From positions 32,001 to 96,000 of the forward strand of contig JANRJK010000002.1 of NCBI GenBank assembly GCA_033764015.1: a DNA stretch of 64,000 nucleotides. Direction: 5' to 3'. This document shows positions 13,337 through 23,919 of this stretch, piece by piece (positions within the stretch are counted from its first letter, which is position 1; the number at the start of each line of letters is the position of its first letter). The translations under genes and the position numbers were made by a program. The DNA is from Candidatus Sumerlaeia bacterium. Lineage in GTDB: Bacteria > Sumerlaeota > Sumerlaeia > SLMS01 > JANRJK01. The notes under the pieces were generated by a model, which was not told the origin of the DNA, ran no database searches, and saw only the letters and a list, made by a program, of their open reading frames with translations.

Positions 13337-15057
13337 GGGTTCCCCCGCGAGAGAGCCCGACGCGAAGCCGCGTCTGCGAACGGCGCCAGCAGCGCGTCGA
13401 TCTCCTCGCGGAGTCGGCTGGCGGAGCCGATGGCCTCGCCGGAGACGGCGAAGTCGAGGCGCGGCAGGTCCCGCAGGCGGCCTTCCAGGTACGCCAGCTC
13501 GATCTGCTGCCGCACGGCGGGAAGCAGCTCCTTCGCGCGCTCCGCCGCGGGCGTGTCCTCGTAGTTGCGGAGGATCGTCCGCAGGTGTTCGAGCGCGCCG
13601 GAGAATTCCGCCAGGTAGTAGGCGCGCTCCGCCTGCTGGTACTCGACCTCGGCGAGGTACGGGCGGCGCTTCTCCTCCGTCTCGAGGCCGTCCTCGGAGA
13701 GCTTGGCGAGGCGCTCCGCCTCCCGCGCGACGGCGCTGCGGCGCCCTTCCCGCGCGAGGATCAGCGCGGCCAGGCGCCCCGCCTCGCGCAGGTCGCCCGC
13801 GTCGTACCGCTCCAACGCGTGCTCCAGCCGCGCCGTGTCCTGCGCGTCGCGGACCAGCACGAGCTGGGCGACGGCGAGTTCGCGCATCGTCTCGTTCTTC
13901 GTGGACTCCAGGAAGAGCGGCTCCGCCTCCTCGAGCAGGCCGTTCGCGGCGCACCAGAGGGCGAGTTCGAAGAGCGCGAGGGGATTCCCCCGGTCCGTCT
14001 CCGCTTCGCGGCGCAGGTACTCGACGCGCACCGCGAGCTCCGCCAGCTCCGGCGTCCGGCGGCCCAGCTCGACGGCGTTCACCGTGTACCAGGCTCCTTC
14101 CACATCGTTGCGGTCGAGGTACCACCGGACCTCGCGGGCGAAGAGGTCGAGCTCGGCCTCCTCCGCGTCCGTGGGGAACCGGTCGCGGGCGAGCGCGGCG
14201 ACGGCGCGGGCGTCCGCGTGGGTGCCGTCGCGGTCCGCCGTGGTGCGGAGCGAGGCCAGCAGCAGCGCCGCGCGGTTGCGCGCGACCTCCGGCACGGCGT
14301 CGGCCAGCTCGCCGGTGAGTAGCCGCATCGCCTCGTCGGCCCGCCCCGAGTCGCGCGCGTCCGCGGCCTGCGCCAGGAGCGCGAGCGGACGCGCGCGGAA
14401 CGCGCCCGCGTCCACGATCTCGTCCAGCCCGGAGGCGAGTTCGATCGCCTCGCCGAAGCGCGCGGACTGCGCGAGCCGGCGCACCTCGTCGAGCAGCACG
14501 CGCCTCGCCCAGTCGCGGTCGATGGGCCGGCCCTCGAACCACCCGGGCGCGATGCGTCGCACCTGTGCGGCGGCGTGCTCGATGTCGCCCGACTGGAAGA
14601 GCACCTGCGCGATGAAGAGGCGCAGTTCGTCCGGCAGCGGGTCCTCCGCCGCGAGATCCCGGAGCGCGAGGCGGTAGGCGATGGCGTCGTTGCCGGCGAG
14701 GGCGGTCGCGCGCTCCATGAGCCGGAAGGAGTTGCGGAGGAACAGGCGCGAAAGCTCCTCCGCGTCGCCGCCCCCGCGGAGGCGGAGCGTCGCGGCCTCG
14801 ACGGCGCGGACGGGGTCGCCGCCGCGGAGCTGCGCCTCGAGCTCGGCCAACCCCGCGCCCGCGTCCTCCGCGGCGTCGATCCGCACGATGTCCGATTCGC
14901 GGAGTTGGATGATGCTGCCGCCGGAGCGGACGCGCACCTTCCCGTCGGAGCGCGAAAGGATGTAGCCCTGGATCGGCGGGCCGACCTTGCGGTGGATCAC
15001 GTCCGCCGGAGCGGTCGCGGCGAGCAGGAGCAGTGCAAGGGTGGCGGCGCGCGTCAC
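13333..15057 (-). CDS. Secreted TPR/alpha-solenoid protein
   Basis: GTG start overlapping the upstream TGA; signal peptide (LALLLLAATAPA-D); small beta-rich N-domain; helical repeats; C-terminal YQQAERAYY...ILRNYEDTPAAERA (BamD/CpoB-like TPR). Confidence 0.75.
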   Translation of the reverse strand: MTRAATLALLLLAATAPADVIHRKVGPPIQGYILSRSDGKVRVRSGGSIIQLRESDIVRIDAAEDAGAGLAELEAQLRGGDPVRAVEAATLRLRGGGDAEELSRLFLRNSFRLMERATALAGNDAIAYRLALRDLAAEDPLPDELRLFIAQVLFQSGDIEHAAAQVRRIAPGWFEGRPIDRDWARRVLLDEVRRLAQSARFGEAIELASGLDEIVDAGAFRARPLALLAQAADARDSGRADEAMRLLTGELADAVPEVARNRAALLLASLRTTADRDGTHADARAVAALARDRFPTDAEEAELDLFAREVRWYLDRNDVEGAWYTVNAVELGRRTPELAELAVRVEYLRREAETDRGNPLALFELALWCAANGLLEEAEPLFLESTKNETMRELAVAQLVLVRDAQDTARLEHALERYDAGDLREAGRLAALILAREGRRSAVAREAERLAKLSEDGLETEEKRRPYLAEVEYQQAERAYYLAEFSGALEHLRTILRNYEDTPAAERAKELLPAVRQQIELAYLEGRLRDLPRLDFAVSGEAIGSASRLREEIDALLAPFADAASRRALSRGNP

Positions 15058-16127
15058 CGGAGCGCCTCCGCGCGGGCGACGCCGCGCAGTTGCGCCGCCG
15101 CGATCGCCGCGCACAGCGCGAGCGAGGCGCCCGTCAGCAGCAGCGGCGTCCGGAGGAATTCCGCGAGGCGCGCCAGCGCGACCGCCCCAAGAGAGGCTGT
15201 CGCGAGGAAGGGCAGGTACCAGTCCATGGTCCGCGCGTGGTCGCCGCCGGTCGCGATCAGATGCCGCTGGTAAAGGTTCGACCGGTGCGGACGCCACACC
15301 GCCTCGCCGCGGAGCGCGCGGCGCAGCATCGTGAAGCCGATGTCGAAGAGGCCGGGAAACACGAGCAGCAGATACACCGCCGGCGGAACAGGATGCTGCC
15401 CCCCCCGCATCAGCGATGCGAGCAGCAGGCAGGCGATCATGGCTCCGATGGCATGCGCCCCGCAATCGCCGAGAAAGGTTTTCGCATCGCCAAGATTGAA
15501 CAGCAGGAACGCCATGCAGGCCCCGCAGAGCGCCCCGGCCACGGCGCAGAGCGCGCCCATGCCCGCGTGTCCCGCGTGCGCAAGCAGCAGCCCCAGCGCC
15601 GCGAGCTGCCCGATCCGCCCCGCCATCCCGTTGATCCCGTCCATGAAGTTGACCATGTTCATCAAGGCGAAGACGACCGCGGCCGCCAGCAGCGCGTTCA
15701 CGAGCGGCGGCAAGCCCGCGGGGAGCACGGCGGGCGCCAGCCCGAGCGCCGGCGCCAACGCGGATACCGCCAGCAGCGCGGCGAGCTTGGGCAGCGGCCC
15801 GAGGCTCCGCAGGTCATCCCACAGGCCGACCGCGAACGCGGCCGCCGTGGTGGCGAAGACCGCGGCCCAGGGCAGCGGTACCGCCACCGCTCCGGGCGCT
15901 TCGCCCAGCGCCGGAAAGAGTAACGGCAGCGGGGCCACCGCGGCGATGCCCGCCGCGACGCCTACACCGCCGAGCCGCGGGGTGGGGACCGTGTGGCTGC
16001 TGCGCTCGTTCGCGTGGTCCAACCCCGCGCCGCGACGCGCCCAGGCGATGGCGAGGCGCGTCGCCGGCACCGCCGCCATATAGGCGAGCAGCGCCGCCGC
16101 CAATGCGCACGCGAGCATCAGCCCCAT
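15054..16127 (-). CDS. MraY/WecA-family polyprenyl-phosphate HexNAc-1-phosphate transferase
   Basis: DHANERSSHTVPTPRLGG, GLWDD, NMVNFMDGING, FLGDCG, PHRSNLYQ. Confidence 0.9.
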   Translation of the reverse strand: MGLMLACALAAALLAYMAAVPATRLAIAWARRGAGLDHANERSSHTVPTPRLGGVGVAAGIAAVAPLPLLFPALGEAPGAVAVPLPWAAVFATTAAAFAVGLWDDLRSLGPLPKLAALLAVSALAPALGLAPAVLPAGLPPLVNALLAAAVVFALMNMVNFMDGINGMAGRIGQLAALGLLLAHAGHAGMGALCAVAGALCGACMAFLLFNLGDAKTFLGDCGAHAIGAMIACLLLASLMRGGQHPVPPAVYLLLVFPGLFDIGFTMLRRALRGEAVWRPHRSNLYQRHLIATGGDHARTMDWYLPFLATASLGAVALARLAEFLRTPLLLTGASLALCAAIAAAQLRGVARAEALR

Positions 16128-16217
16128 CGGGGGCCGCCGCCGGAAATCGCGCTTGAAGGGAAGTGCCCCCCGCGCGAACCATACGACAACAGCCTGTCGC
16201 CACGCCGGGAGCGGACC

Positions 16218-16847
16218 ATGCAGGAACAACGCGCCTTCACCCTGATCGAACTCCTCGTTGTGGTCAGTGTGCTTGCCATTCTCGCCGCCATCGCGCTGCC
16301 GAACTTCCTCGAGGCGCAAACCCGGGCCAAGGCGAGCCGCGTGCTCGCCGACTTCAGCGCGCTCCGCACCGCCGCCGAAGCCTACCACGTGGACCAGAAC
16401 CGCTACCCCCGCATGACGTGGGGCGCCGATCCGTACTTCGACGCCTACACCGGCTACGACCGCGTGGACGAGCCGATCTGGGGCACCATGGGATACTGGA
16501 TCACCACGCCCACCGCGTACATCACCAAGTTCGACATCCTCGACCCCTTCACGCGCGGCAAGGACATCCGCTTCGACGCGATCCTCTACACCTACCACGA
16601 CCTCCGCACCATCCGGTACGTCGAGCAGTTCAACCAGTACGACGTCCCCTCGCGGGAGTATGTCGAGCAGGAGCTGGGCGAGTACTTCTTCCTCTCGCTG
16701 GGGCCGGACGGCGACTCGGGTTCGCGCGGGGCGTTCGCGTTCTTCCTGCCTTACGACCCGACGAACGGCAGCGCCAGCGAAGGGAACATCATCCGCGGCC
16801 AGAAGCGCTGGTCCGAGGCGAACAAAACCCCGACCGGACTGTTCTGA
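16218..16847 (+). CDS. Prepilin-type N-terminal cleavage/methylation protein (pilin/pseudopilin-like)
   Basis: MQEQRA|FTLIELLVVVSVLAILAAIALPNFLEAQTRAK; C-terminal SLGPDGD...YDPTNGSASEGNI. Confidence 0.9.
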   Translation: MQEQRAFTLIELLVVVSVLAILAAIALPNFLEAQTRAKASRVLADFSALRTAAEAYHVDQNRYPRMTWGADPYFDAYTGYDRVDEPIWGTMGYWITTPTAYITKFDILDPFTRGKDIRFDAILYTYHDLRTIRYVEQFNQYDVPSREYVEQELGEYFFLSLGPDGDSGSRGAFAFFLPYDPTNGSASEGNIIRGQKRWSEANKTPTGLF

Positions 16848-16851
16848 AGGG

Positions 16852-17364
16852 CTATTCGGCGCCGCGGCGCAACTTGGCCCGCATCATCGCGGTCACCTTG
16901 CGGTTCATGGTCCGCAGCCGCCTCGCCAGCACCGCCGCGAGGTTCCGGTAGAGCCGCATCCCCTGGATCGGGTGCAGCCGCGTCACCGCCTCGATGTCCG
17001 TGATCGTGGTGCGCAGCAGGACGCACCGCTCGATGGCCACCACGGAAGCGCTCCGCTCCGCCCCGTCGATGAGGGACATCTCGCCGATCGCCGCGCCCGG
17101 CCCCAGCCGTGTGATGCCCACCTCGAAGTGCGGCGCGATCGACTCGATCTGCACGCCCGCCAGCCCGTCCACGAGGAAGAACACGTCGATGCCGCGCTCG
17201 CCCTCCGCCATCAGCACATCGCCGGGCTCGGCGCCCTCCAGGTGGCAGCGGTAGGCCACCTCGAGGATGAAGTCCTGGTCGAGTCCCTCGAAGACGAGCA
17301 TGTGCGCCAGGTGCTCGGCGTACTTGCGGCGCTCCGCCTCGGGGATCGGGTGGGCCTCGGACAT
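16852..17364 (-). CDS. Stand-alone cyclic-nucleotide-binding domain protein
   Basis: GDVLMAEGE, LGPGAAIGEMSLIDGAERSASVVA; no HTH domain follows. Confidence 0.88.
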   Translation of the reverse strand: MSEAHPIPEAERRKYAEHLAHMLVFEGLDQDFILEVAYRCHLEGAEPGDVLMAEGERGIDVFFLVDGLAGVQIESIAPHFEVGITRLGPGAAIGEMSLIDGAERSASVVAIERCVLLRTTITDIEAVTRLHPIQGMRLYRNLAAVLARRLRTMNRKVTAMMRAKLRRGAE

Positions 17365-17371
17365 CGGTCGG

Positions 17372-18740
<1,369 letters not shown>

Positions 18741-18859
18741 GGAATAGGTCACCACTACATCTATTCTCCCCGCGCCGCCGCAATCAACCCGAGGTTGCCA
18801 TTGCGGGGACCGCCGCGCCGTTGGACGATCAGGGCGAATCGTTCCGGGAAAGGCCACAC

Positions 18860-21040
18860 ATGCCGCTTCGCCACACCATCGCCGCCGCCCTCGCGGCCAT
18901 CACGACCTTCTGCCACGCCGCGGCGGAGCTGCCCCAGGCGCCCGCCGCCGCCCTCAACGGGCACCCGATCGCGACGCTCGCGGCGCGCGCCGGGGGAGCG
19001 CCGCTGCGCGGGGGCGATGTGGTGCTGCTCACCTCCGGCGCGCGGGCGCTCCTCGCCGCCAAGGGGCCGGGCGTGTCGCCGCGCGACGCCGTCGCCGGGA
19101 CCGGGTTCGAGTGGCTGGCCCCGGTCGGCAAGGATGCCGCGCTCCTGCGGGTGGACCACCAGCCCATCGCCGCGCGGAGTGGCCTCGCGCTGGCGCCCCT
19201 CACGCCGGAGCTCCGTGTCCACCGCGAGTTGGAGGCGCATCTAGCCGCGCCCAACGAGGATACGCTGGCGCTCGTGCTGACCGTCGAGGGCGACGCCGAG
19301 GATTACGCCGAGGACGTCGGCCGCCGGCTCCCCCCCGGAGTCCACATCACCGGCGCCGCGCAGCGCGGCGGGCTGGGCCGCCTCGGCGTGGAAGTCGCCC
19401 CCGGCGCGCTGTCGGCGGCGGTCGAGCGCTTCGCGACCGAGTCCCGCGTGGTGACGATCATGGGTGGCGGGGGAGCGAAGCTGCTGAACATCAGCGCCAA
19501 GCGGATCGTCCAATCGGGCGACGCGAGCGCGGTCGGCGACACCCTCTGGGCCCGGGGCCTCTACGGCGACGGACAGATCGTGGCGATCCTGGACACCGGC
19601 GCGGACTACCGGAACTGCTACCTCTCGGAGGGCGAGACCGACGCGACGCCTCCGCCGGTGAACCAGGGGTTCGGGGCGGGCGCCTCCACGCCGGACCTGT
19701 CGCGGCGCAAGATCATCTCCTACAACATGCTCCACGCGGGCGACAACCCGGCGAACGGCGCCTCGGCCTACGACAACCAAGGGCACGGCACCTACGTCGC
19801 CGGCAACGTCGGCGCCAGCGCCGCCTCCGCGCCGTTCGATCCGGTGGTGCGCAACGGTCCCGCGCCCGCCGCCAAGTTCGTCATCCAGGACGGCGGCTTC
19901 ACCACGCTCGACGATTGTTCCGACCTCGCGGCGCTCGGCTGCCCGGTGATCGACCTCACCACGACGGTAGAGCAGGCCTACGCCCAGGGCGCCCGCATCC
20001 ACAACAACTCCTGGGGCGACCGCGAGAACTTCAATCCCCAGAACACCTACACCGCGATCTGCGTCGACTTCGACGACATGGTCTGGCGAAACCCGGACTT
20101 CCTGATCGTCTGCGCGGCGGGCAACTCCGCATCGCTCGGCAACGGATCCGTCGGCAGCCCTTCGGTCGCGAAGAACGTGCTCTCCATCGCCGGCACGCAG
20201 AATCCGAACCTCAACACGATCATCAGCTTCAGCAGCATCGGCTGGGCGGACGACGGGCGCATCAAGCCCGACCTCGCCGCGCCCGCCTCGACCTCGACGT
20301 CGCGACCAAACAGCACCTACTCCGATCCGGCGGTCCACTGCCTCGTCTCCACGGTCCAAGGCACCAGCATGGCCTCGCCCATGTCCGCCGGGGCCGCGGC
20401 CCTGGTGCGCGAGTACTTCGCCAAGGGATGGTACCCGGGCGGCGCGCCGGAAGCGGCGGACGAGTATCCCACCCCCTCCGCCGCCCTCGTGAAGGCGGTC
20501 ATGGTGAACGGCGCCATCCGCGTGGCGAACGAGCCGGTCGCGCCTTCTCGCAGGCAGGGCTGGGGACGGGTCATGCTCGAGGAGGCGCTCTACTTCGCGG
20601 GCGAGGCCCGCCGCCTCGTGGTCGCCGACCGCCTCGCCGAGTTCGACGACGAGACCGATCCCGTCTTCGAACTCGAGCTGTCCTCCAGCGGCAACGCCGC
20701 GGGGGGCAACTTCACGGTGACGCTCGCCTACACCGACTACCCGGCGCTCGCCGGGGCGGTGCCGGCGCTCGTGAACGACCTCGACCTCGAGGTGGAGTCG
20801 CCCAGCGGAACCGTCTACCGCGGCAATGTGTTCGACGGCGCCGGCCTGAGCGCCACCGGCGGCGCCGCGGACTCCCTGAACAACGTCGAGAAAGCGGTCC
20901 TGCCCATCGCCGCCGGGGTGTGGAAGGTCCGAGTGCGTCCCAGCACCATCATCGAGCCCGGGCAGGGCTTCGCCCTTTCGGTGCTTGGGGATGTGGTGCC
21001 TTCTTCCGGCGCCGATGTGTCGGGTTGGTCGCTTTACTGA
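18860..21040 (+). CDS. Secreted S8 subtilase (KP-43-like architecture)
   Basis: Signal peptide; ILDTG, GHGTYVAG, HNNSWG, AAGNS, IKPDLAAP, GTSMASP; C-terminal LVNDLDL...DSLNNVEK; ends VSGWSLY. Confidence 0.93.
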   Translation: MPLRHTIAAALAAITTFCHAAAELPQAPAAALNGHPIATLAARAGGAPLRGGDVVLLTSGARALLAAKGPGVSPRDAVAGTGFEWLAPVGKDAALLRVDHQPIAARSGLALAPLTPELRVHRELEAHLAAPNEDTLALVLTVEGDAEDYAEDVGRRLPPGVHITGAAQRGGLGRLGVEVAPGALSAAVERFATESRVVTIMGGGGAKLLNISAKRIVQSGDASAVGDTLWARGLYGDGQIVAILDTGADYRNCYLSEGETDATPPPVNQGFGAGASTPDLSRRKIISYNMLHAGDNPANGASAYDNQGHGTYVAGNVGASAASAPFDPVVRNGPAPAAKFVIQDGGFTTLDDCSDLAALGCPVIDLTTTVEQAYAQGARIHNNSWGDRENFNPQNTYTAICVDFDDMVWRNPDFLIVCAAGNSASLGNGSVGSPSVAKNVLSIAGTQNPNLNTIISFSSIGWADDGRIKPDLAAPASTSTSRPNSTYSDPAVHCLVSTVQGTSMASPMSAGAAALVREYFAKGWYPGGAPEAADEYPTPSAALVKAVMVNGAIRVANEPVAPSRRQGWGRVMLEEALYFAGEARRLVVADRLAEFDDETDPVFELELSSSGNAAGGNFTVTLAYTDYPALAGAVPALVNDLDLEVESPSGTVYRGNVFDGAGLSATGGAADSLNNVEKAVLPIAAGVWKVRVRPSTIIEPGQGFALSVLGDVVPSSGADVSGWSLY

Positions 21041-21888
21041 GCGGCCGGGGCGGCCGGCTTCTCGCGCCGCCAGAAGTAGTGGAATCCACGGGGTAGCACG
21101 CCGCGGTCCGTCGGTGTGCGCCCTTGCCACGTCGACTTCTTCACGAACCCCAGGTACGCCGAGGCGACGGCGGACTGCTCCGGAGACAGCTCCCCCTGCG
21201 CGGCGAGTAGTGCCGCGACGTCGACGAAGTACCGCCGCGCGGCGGTGGCGGCGAAGCGCGCCATCTGCATCCCGGGCGCCAAGTCGGCGTCCTGCGTCGC
21301 GGTCCCTGCGAGCATCCCCGCCAGCGGCGCCGCCGACGCCTCCGCCAGCGCGGCGTCGAGCCCGCGGCGCAAGGGCGGGTAGCCCGCCGGGAGCACGAGC
21401 ATGGCGTAGGACCGCTCCTCCGCGAGATGTTGTCCCAGCGAGCGCAGGAGCACGCGCCAAGCGAACGGCACCGCGGCCGCCTCGGCGACCGGCTCCTCCG
21501 CGGTGCGCCGGTCCATGACCACCAGGAAGGTGCGCACCTCAAGCTGTAGAAAAACCCGAAGCGAGGCGGTTAGGTAAGCCCGGCTCCAATCCGTCCCCGC
21601 GTTGCGCGGCCTCATCAGGTCCGGCGCGCAGAGGCTCAGGGAGGAGGCTGGAGCCTCGGCGGGCTTGCGGAACGCGCGGTTCACGCCCGCGAGGCGCCGC
21701 TGGAGGCCGCGCATGTGGCGGGCGGCGATCGAGGCGCCCGCCAACGCCCACACCGGCGACCCCTGCGGATCGGCGAGCTTGCCGGATTGCTGGAAGAATA
21801 CGAACCGCAACACTCCACCTCCGGCCCGGCGGCTCTTCGAGCGCCCGGCGGGTCGCCCGGCCGCGTCCGGCGCCGGGGTGTCGTTCAC
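21034..21888 (-). CDS. Hypothetical protein, DUF3800-like with degenerate acidic motifs
   Basis: FVFFQQSG...WALAGASI and PGMQMARFAA resemble the DUF3800 motifs Y/F-x-D-E-S-G and LQ-x-AD-x-x-A. Start uncertain. Confidence 0.5.
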   Translation of the reverse strand: MNDTPAPDAAGRPAGRSKSRRAGGGVLRFVFFQQSGKLADPQGSPVWALAGASIAARHMRGLQRRLAGVNRAFRKPAEAPASSLSLCAPDLMRPRNAGTDWSRAYLTASLRVFLQLEVRTFLVVMDRRTAEEPVAEAAAVPFAWRVLLRSLGQHLAEERSYAMLVLPAGYPPLRRGLDAALAEASAAPLAGMLAGTATQDADLAPGMQMARFAATAARRYFVDVAALLAAQGELSPEQSAVASAYLGFVKKSTWQGRTPTDRGVLPRGFHYFWRREKPAAPAAQ

Positions 21889-21957
21889 ATCATAAGGAAA
21901 TGACCGTGCGCGAACGCACGGCCACGGGCAAAAGGAAAGCGGTTGCGGAGGAAGCGC

Positions 21958-23661
21958 TTACTGCGCGGCGGAGGCCACCCGTTCGGAACCGGCGCTGGTG
22001 GACAACGCCAGCCCCGTGTCGCGCGCGGCCTGTTCCACCTCGGGACGCACGGCGATCATCGATTGGTCGGTGGCCTTGCCAAGCTCCCTCAGCATCGGGC
22101 CCGGGAACAGGCCGATCCACAGCGCGGCCACCGAGAGGAACGCGAGCTGGCCCCATTCGCGGACGGAGAGGTCGTGCTCGTGGTCGTGGCCGTGGTCGCC
22201 GTGGCCGTGGTCGGCCTTGGCCGGGGAACCGAAGAAGACCTTCTGGTACATGATGAGCAGGTAGACCGCGCCGAAGATCACGCCGGTCGCGGCGATCGCC
22301 GCCACGAACCACGTGTACTGGCTCTGGCCCAGCGCCGCCATGAAGCTCGCAGGCTCCATCGCCATCAACCGCATCGGGATCGCGTTCATCGAACCGAGCA
22401 GGATGTTGAACTCGCCGATGAAACCGTTCAGCCCCGGGAGGCCGACGCTGCTGAGCAGCATCACCATGGTGAGCGACGCGTAGATCGGGAGCGTGTGCGC
22501 GAGGCCGCCGAGCTTCGCCATCTCGCGCGTGTGGCGCCGCTCGTAGATCATGCCGACCGCGAGGAACAGCCCGCCGGTCGAGATGCCGTGGTTGAACATC
22601 TGCAGGATCGCAGCCGTCATGCCCTGGTTGTTGAAGGTGAACACCCCAAGGACGATGAAGCCCATGTGCGAGACGGAGGAGTACGCCACGAGCCGCTTCA
22701 TGTCGGTCTGCACCATCGCGGTCAGCGCGCCATACACGATCGCGATCAGGGACAAGTAGATGATGAGCGGCGCGAAGGCGAGGGAGGCGACCGGGAAGAG
22801 CGGCAGGCAGAAGCGCAGCATGCCGTAGACGCCGGTCTTCAGCAGCACCGCGGCCAGCACCACGGAGCCCGCGGTCGGCGCCTCCGTGTGCGCGTCCGGC
22901 AGCCAAGTGTGGAACGGGAACAACGGCACCTTGATCGCGAACGCGAAGAAGAGCGCCAGGAACGGCCACGTCGCCGTCCGCAGCGCGTCGGAGCCGTTGG
23001 CCAGCAGCATCTCGTAGGAGTAGGTCTGCCCGCCGTTGTAGTAGGTCCAGATCAGCGCCAGCAGCATCAGCACCGAGCCGGCCAGCGTGTAGAGCACGAA
23101 CTTCATCGTCGCGTAGATCCGGTTGCTCGAGCCGAAGATGCCGATCAGGAAGTACAACGGCACCAGCATCAGCTCCCAGAAAATGTAGAACAGGAACATG
23201 TCGAGCGCCGCGAAGGTGCCCATGATGCCGGTCTGCAGCAGCAGGATGAAGAAGTAGAAGGTCTTCTCGCGCTCCGTGACGGCGGTCCAGGAGCAGAGGA
23301 CGGCGATCACGCCCATGAGCGCCGTCAGGATCATCAAGGTGAACGAGAGGTGGTCGACGCCTATGGTGTAGGTGATGTTGAACTGCGGGAGCCAATCGGC
23401 GCTCTCTCGGAGCTGGAAGTGGCTGAGGACGCGGTCGCCGTGGACGCCGACCTCGAAGGCGGCCTGCTCCGAGGCGGGGAGCGCCCGGACGGCGTCGAGG
23501 TTCGGCGCCTGCCAGTCGAACTTTTGCGCGGCGGCGCCCACCAGCGCCAGATCCGCGATCATGATCGCGAGTGCGGCCCACTTCATCGCGGGGCGGGGAA
23601 CAACGAGGAGCGCCAGCAGGCCAAGTGCCAACGGCAGCCAGATGATCAGCGAAAGCAGCAT
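21958..23661 (-). CDS. nuoM: NADH-quinone oxidoreductase subunit M (stand-alone)
   Basis: GVDHLS, FYIFWELMLVPLY, FAIKVPLFPFHTWLPDAHTEAPTAGSVVLAAVLLKTG, DMKRLVAYSSVSHMG, GLPGLNGFIGEF. Confidence 0.93.
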   Translation of the reverse strand: MLLSLIIWLPLALGLLALLVVPRPAMKWAALAIMIADLALVGAAAQKFDWQAPNLDAVRALPASEQAAFEVGVHGDRVLSHFQLRESADWLPQFNITYTIGVDHLSFTLMILTALMGVIAVLCSWTAVTEREKTFYFFILLLQTGIMGTFAALDMFLFYIFWELMLVPLYFLIGIFGSSNRIYATMKFVLYTLAGSVLMLLALIWTYYNGGQTYSYEMLLANGSDALRTATWPFLALFFAFAIKVPLFPFHTWLPDAHTEAPTAGSVVLAAVLLKTGVYGMLRFCLPLFPVASLAFAPLIIYLSLIAIVYGALTAMVQTDMKRLVAYSSVSHMGFIVLGVFTFNNQGMTAAILQMFNHGISTGGLFLAVGMIYERRHTREMAKLGGLAHTLPIYASLTMVMLLSSVGLPGLNGFIGEFNILLGSMNAIPMRLMAMEPASFMAALGQSQYTWFVAAIAATGVIFGAVYLLIMYQKVFFGSPAKADHGHGDHGHDHEHDLSVREWGQLAFLSVAALWIGLFPGPMLRELGKATDQSMIAVRPEVEQAARDTGLALSTSAGSERVASAAQ

Positions 23662-23919
23662 AGGGTCGTTCGGGAACCGTGGTCCGGTGAGGGTGTGGGC
23701 CGGCGCGCGCCAACCCGCATCGCAGCGGCCAGAACGGCCCCGCACGCCCACCGGGACAACAGGGAAATCGTCCGGAGCCCGGCCTCCCGGCCCGGCAAAC
23801 TGAAGAAAAGCGCTTGTTGTCGGTATGCAGTTGCGATGCGAGCGACCGCTTGCCCGCCGCGCCCCGCAGGCGCCGGATGGCACCCGGGCGCTGCGACGCC
23901 CGAACCCCGAGAGGACGCC

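Noticed and set aside
22175..22215. Short tandem GTGGCC/GTGGTC repeats
   Set aside because: They simply encode the His/Gly/Asp loop of NuoM.
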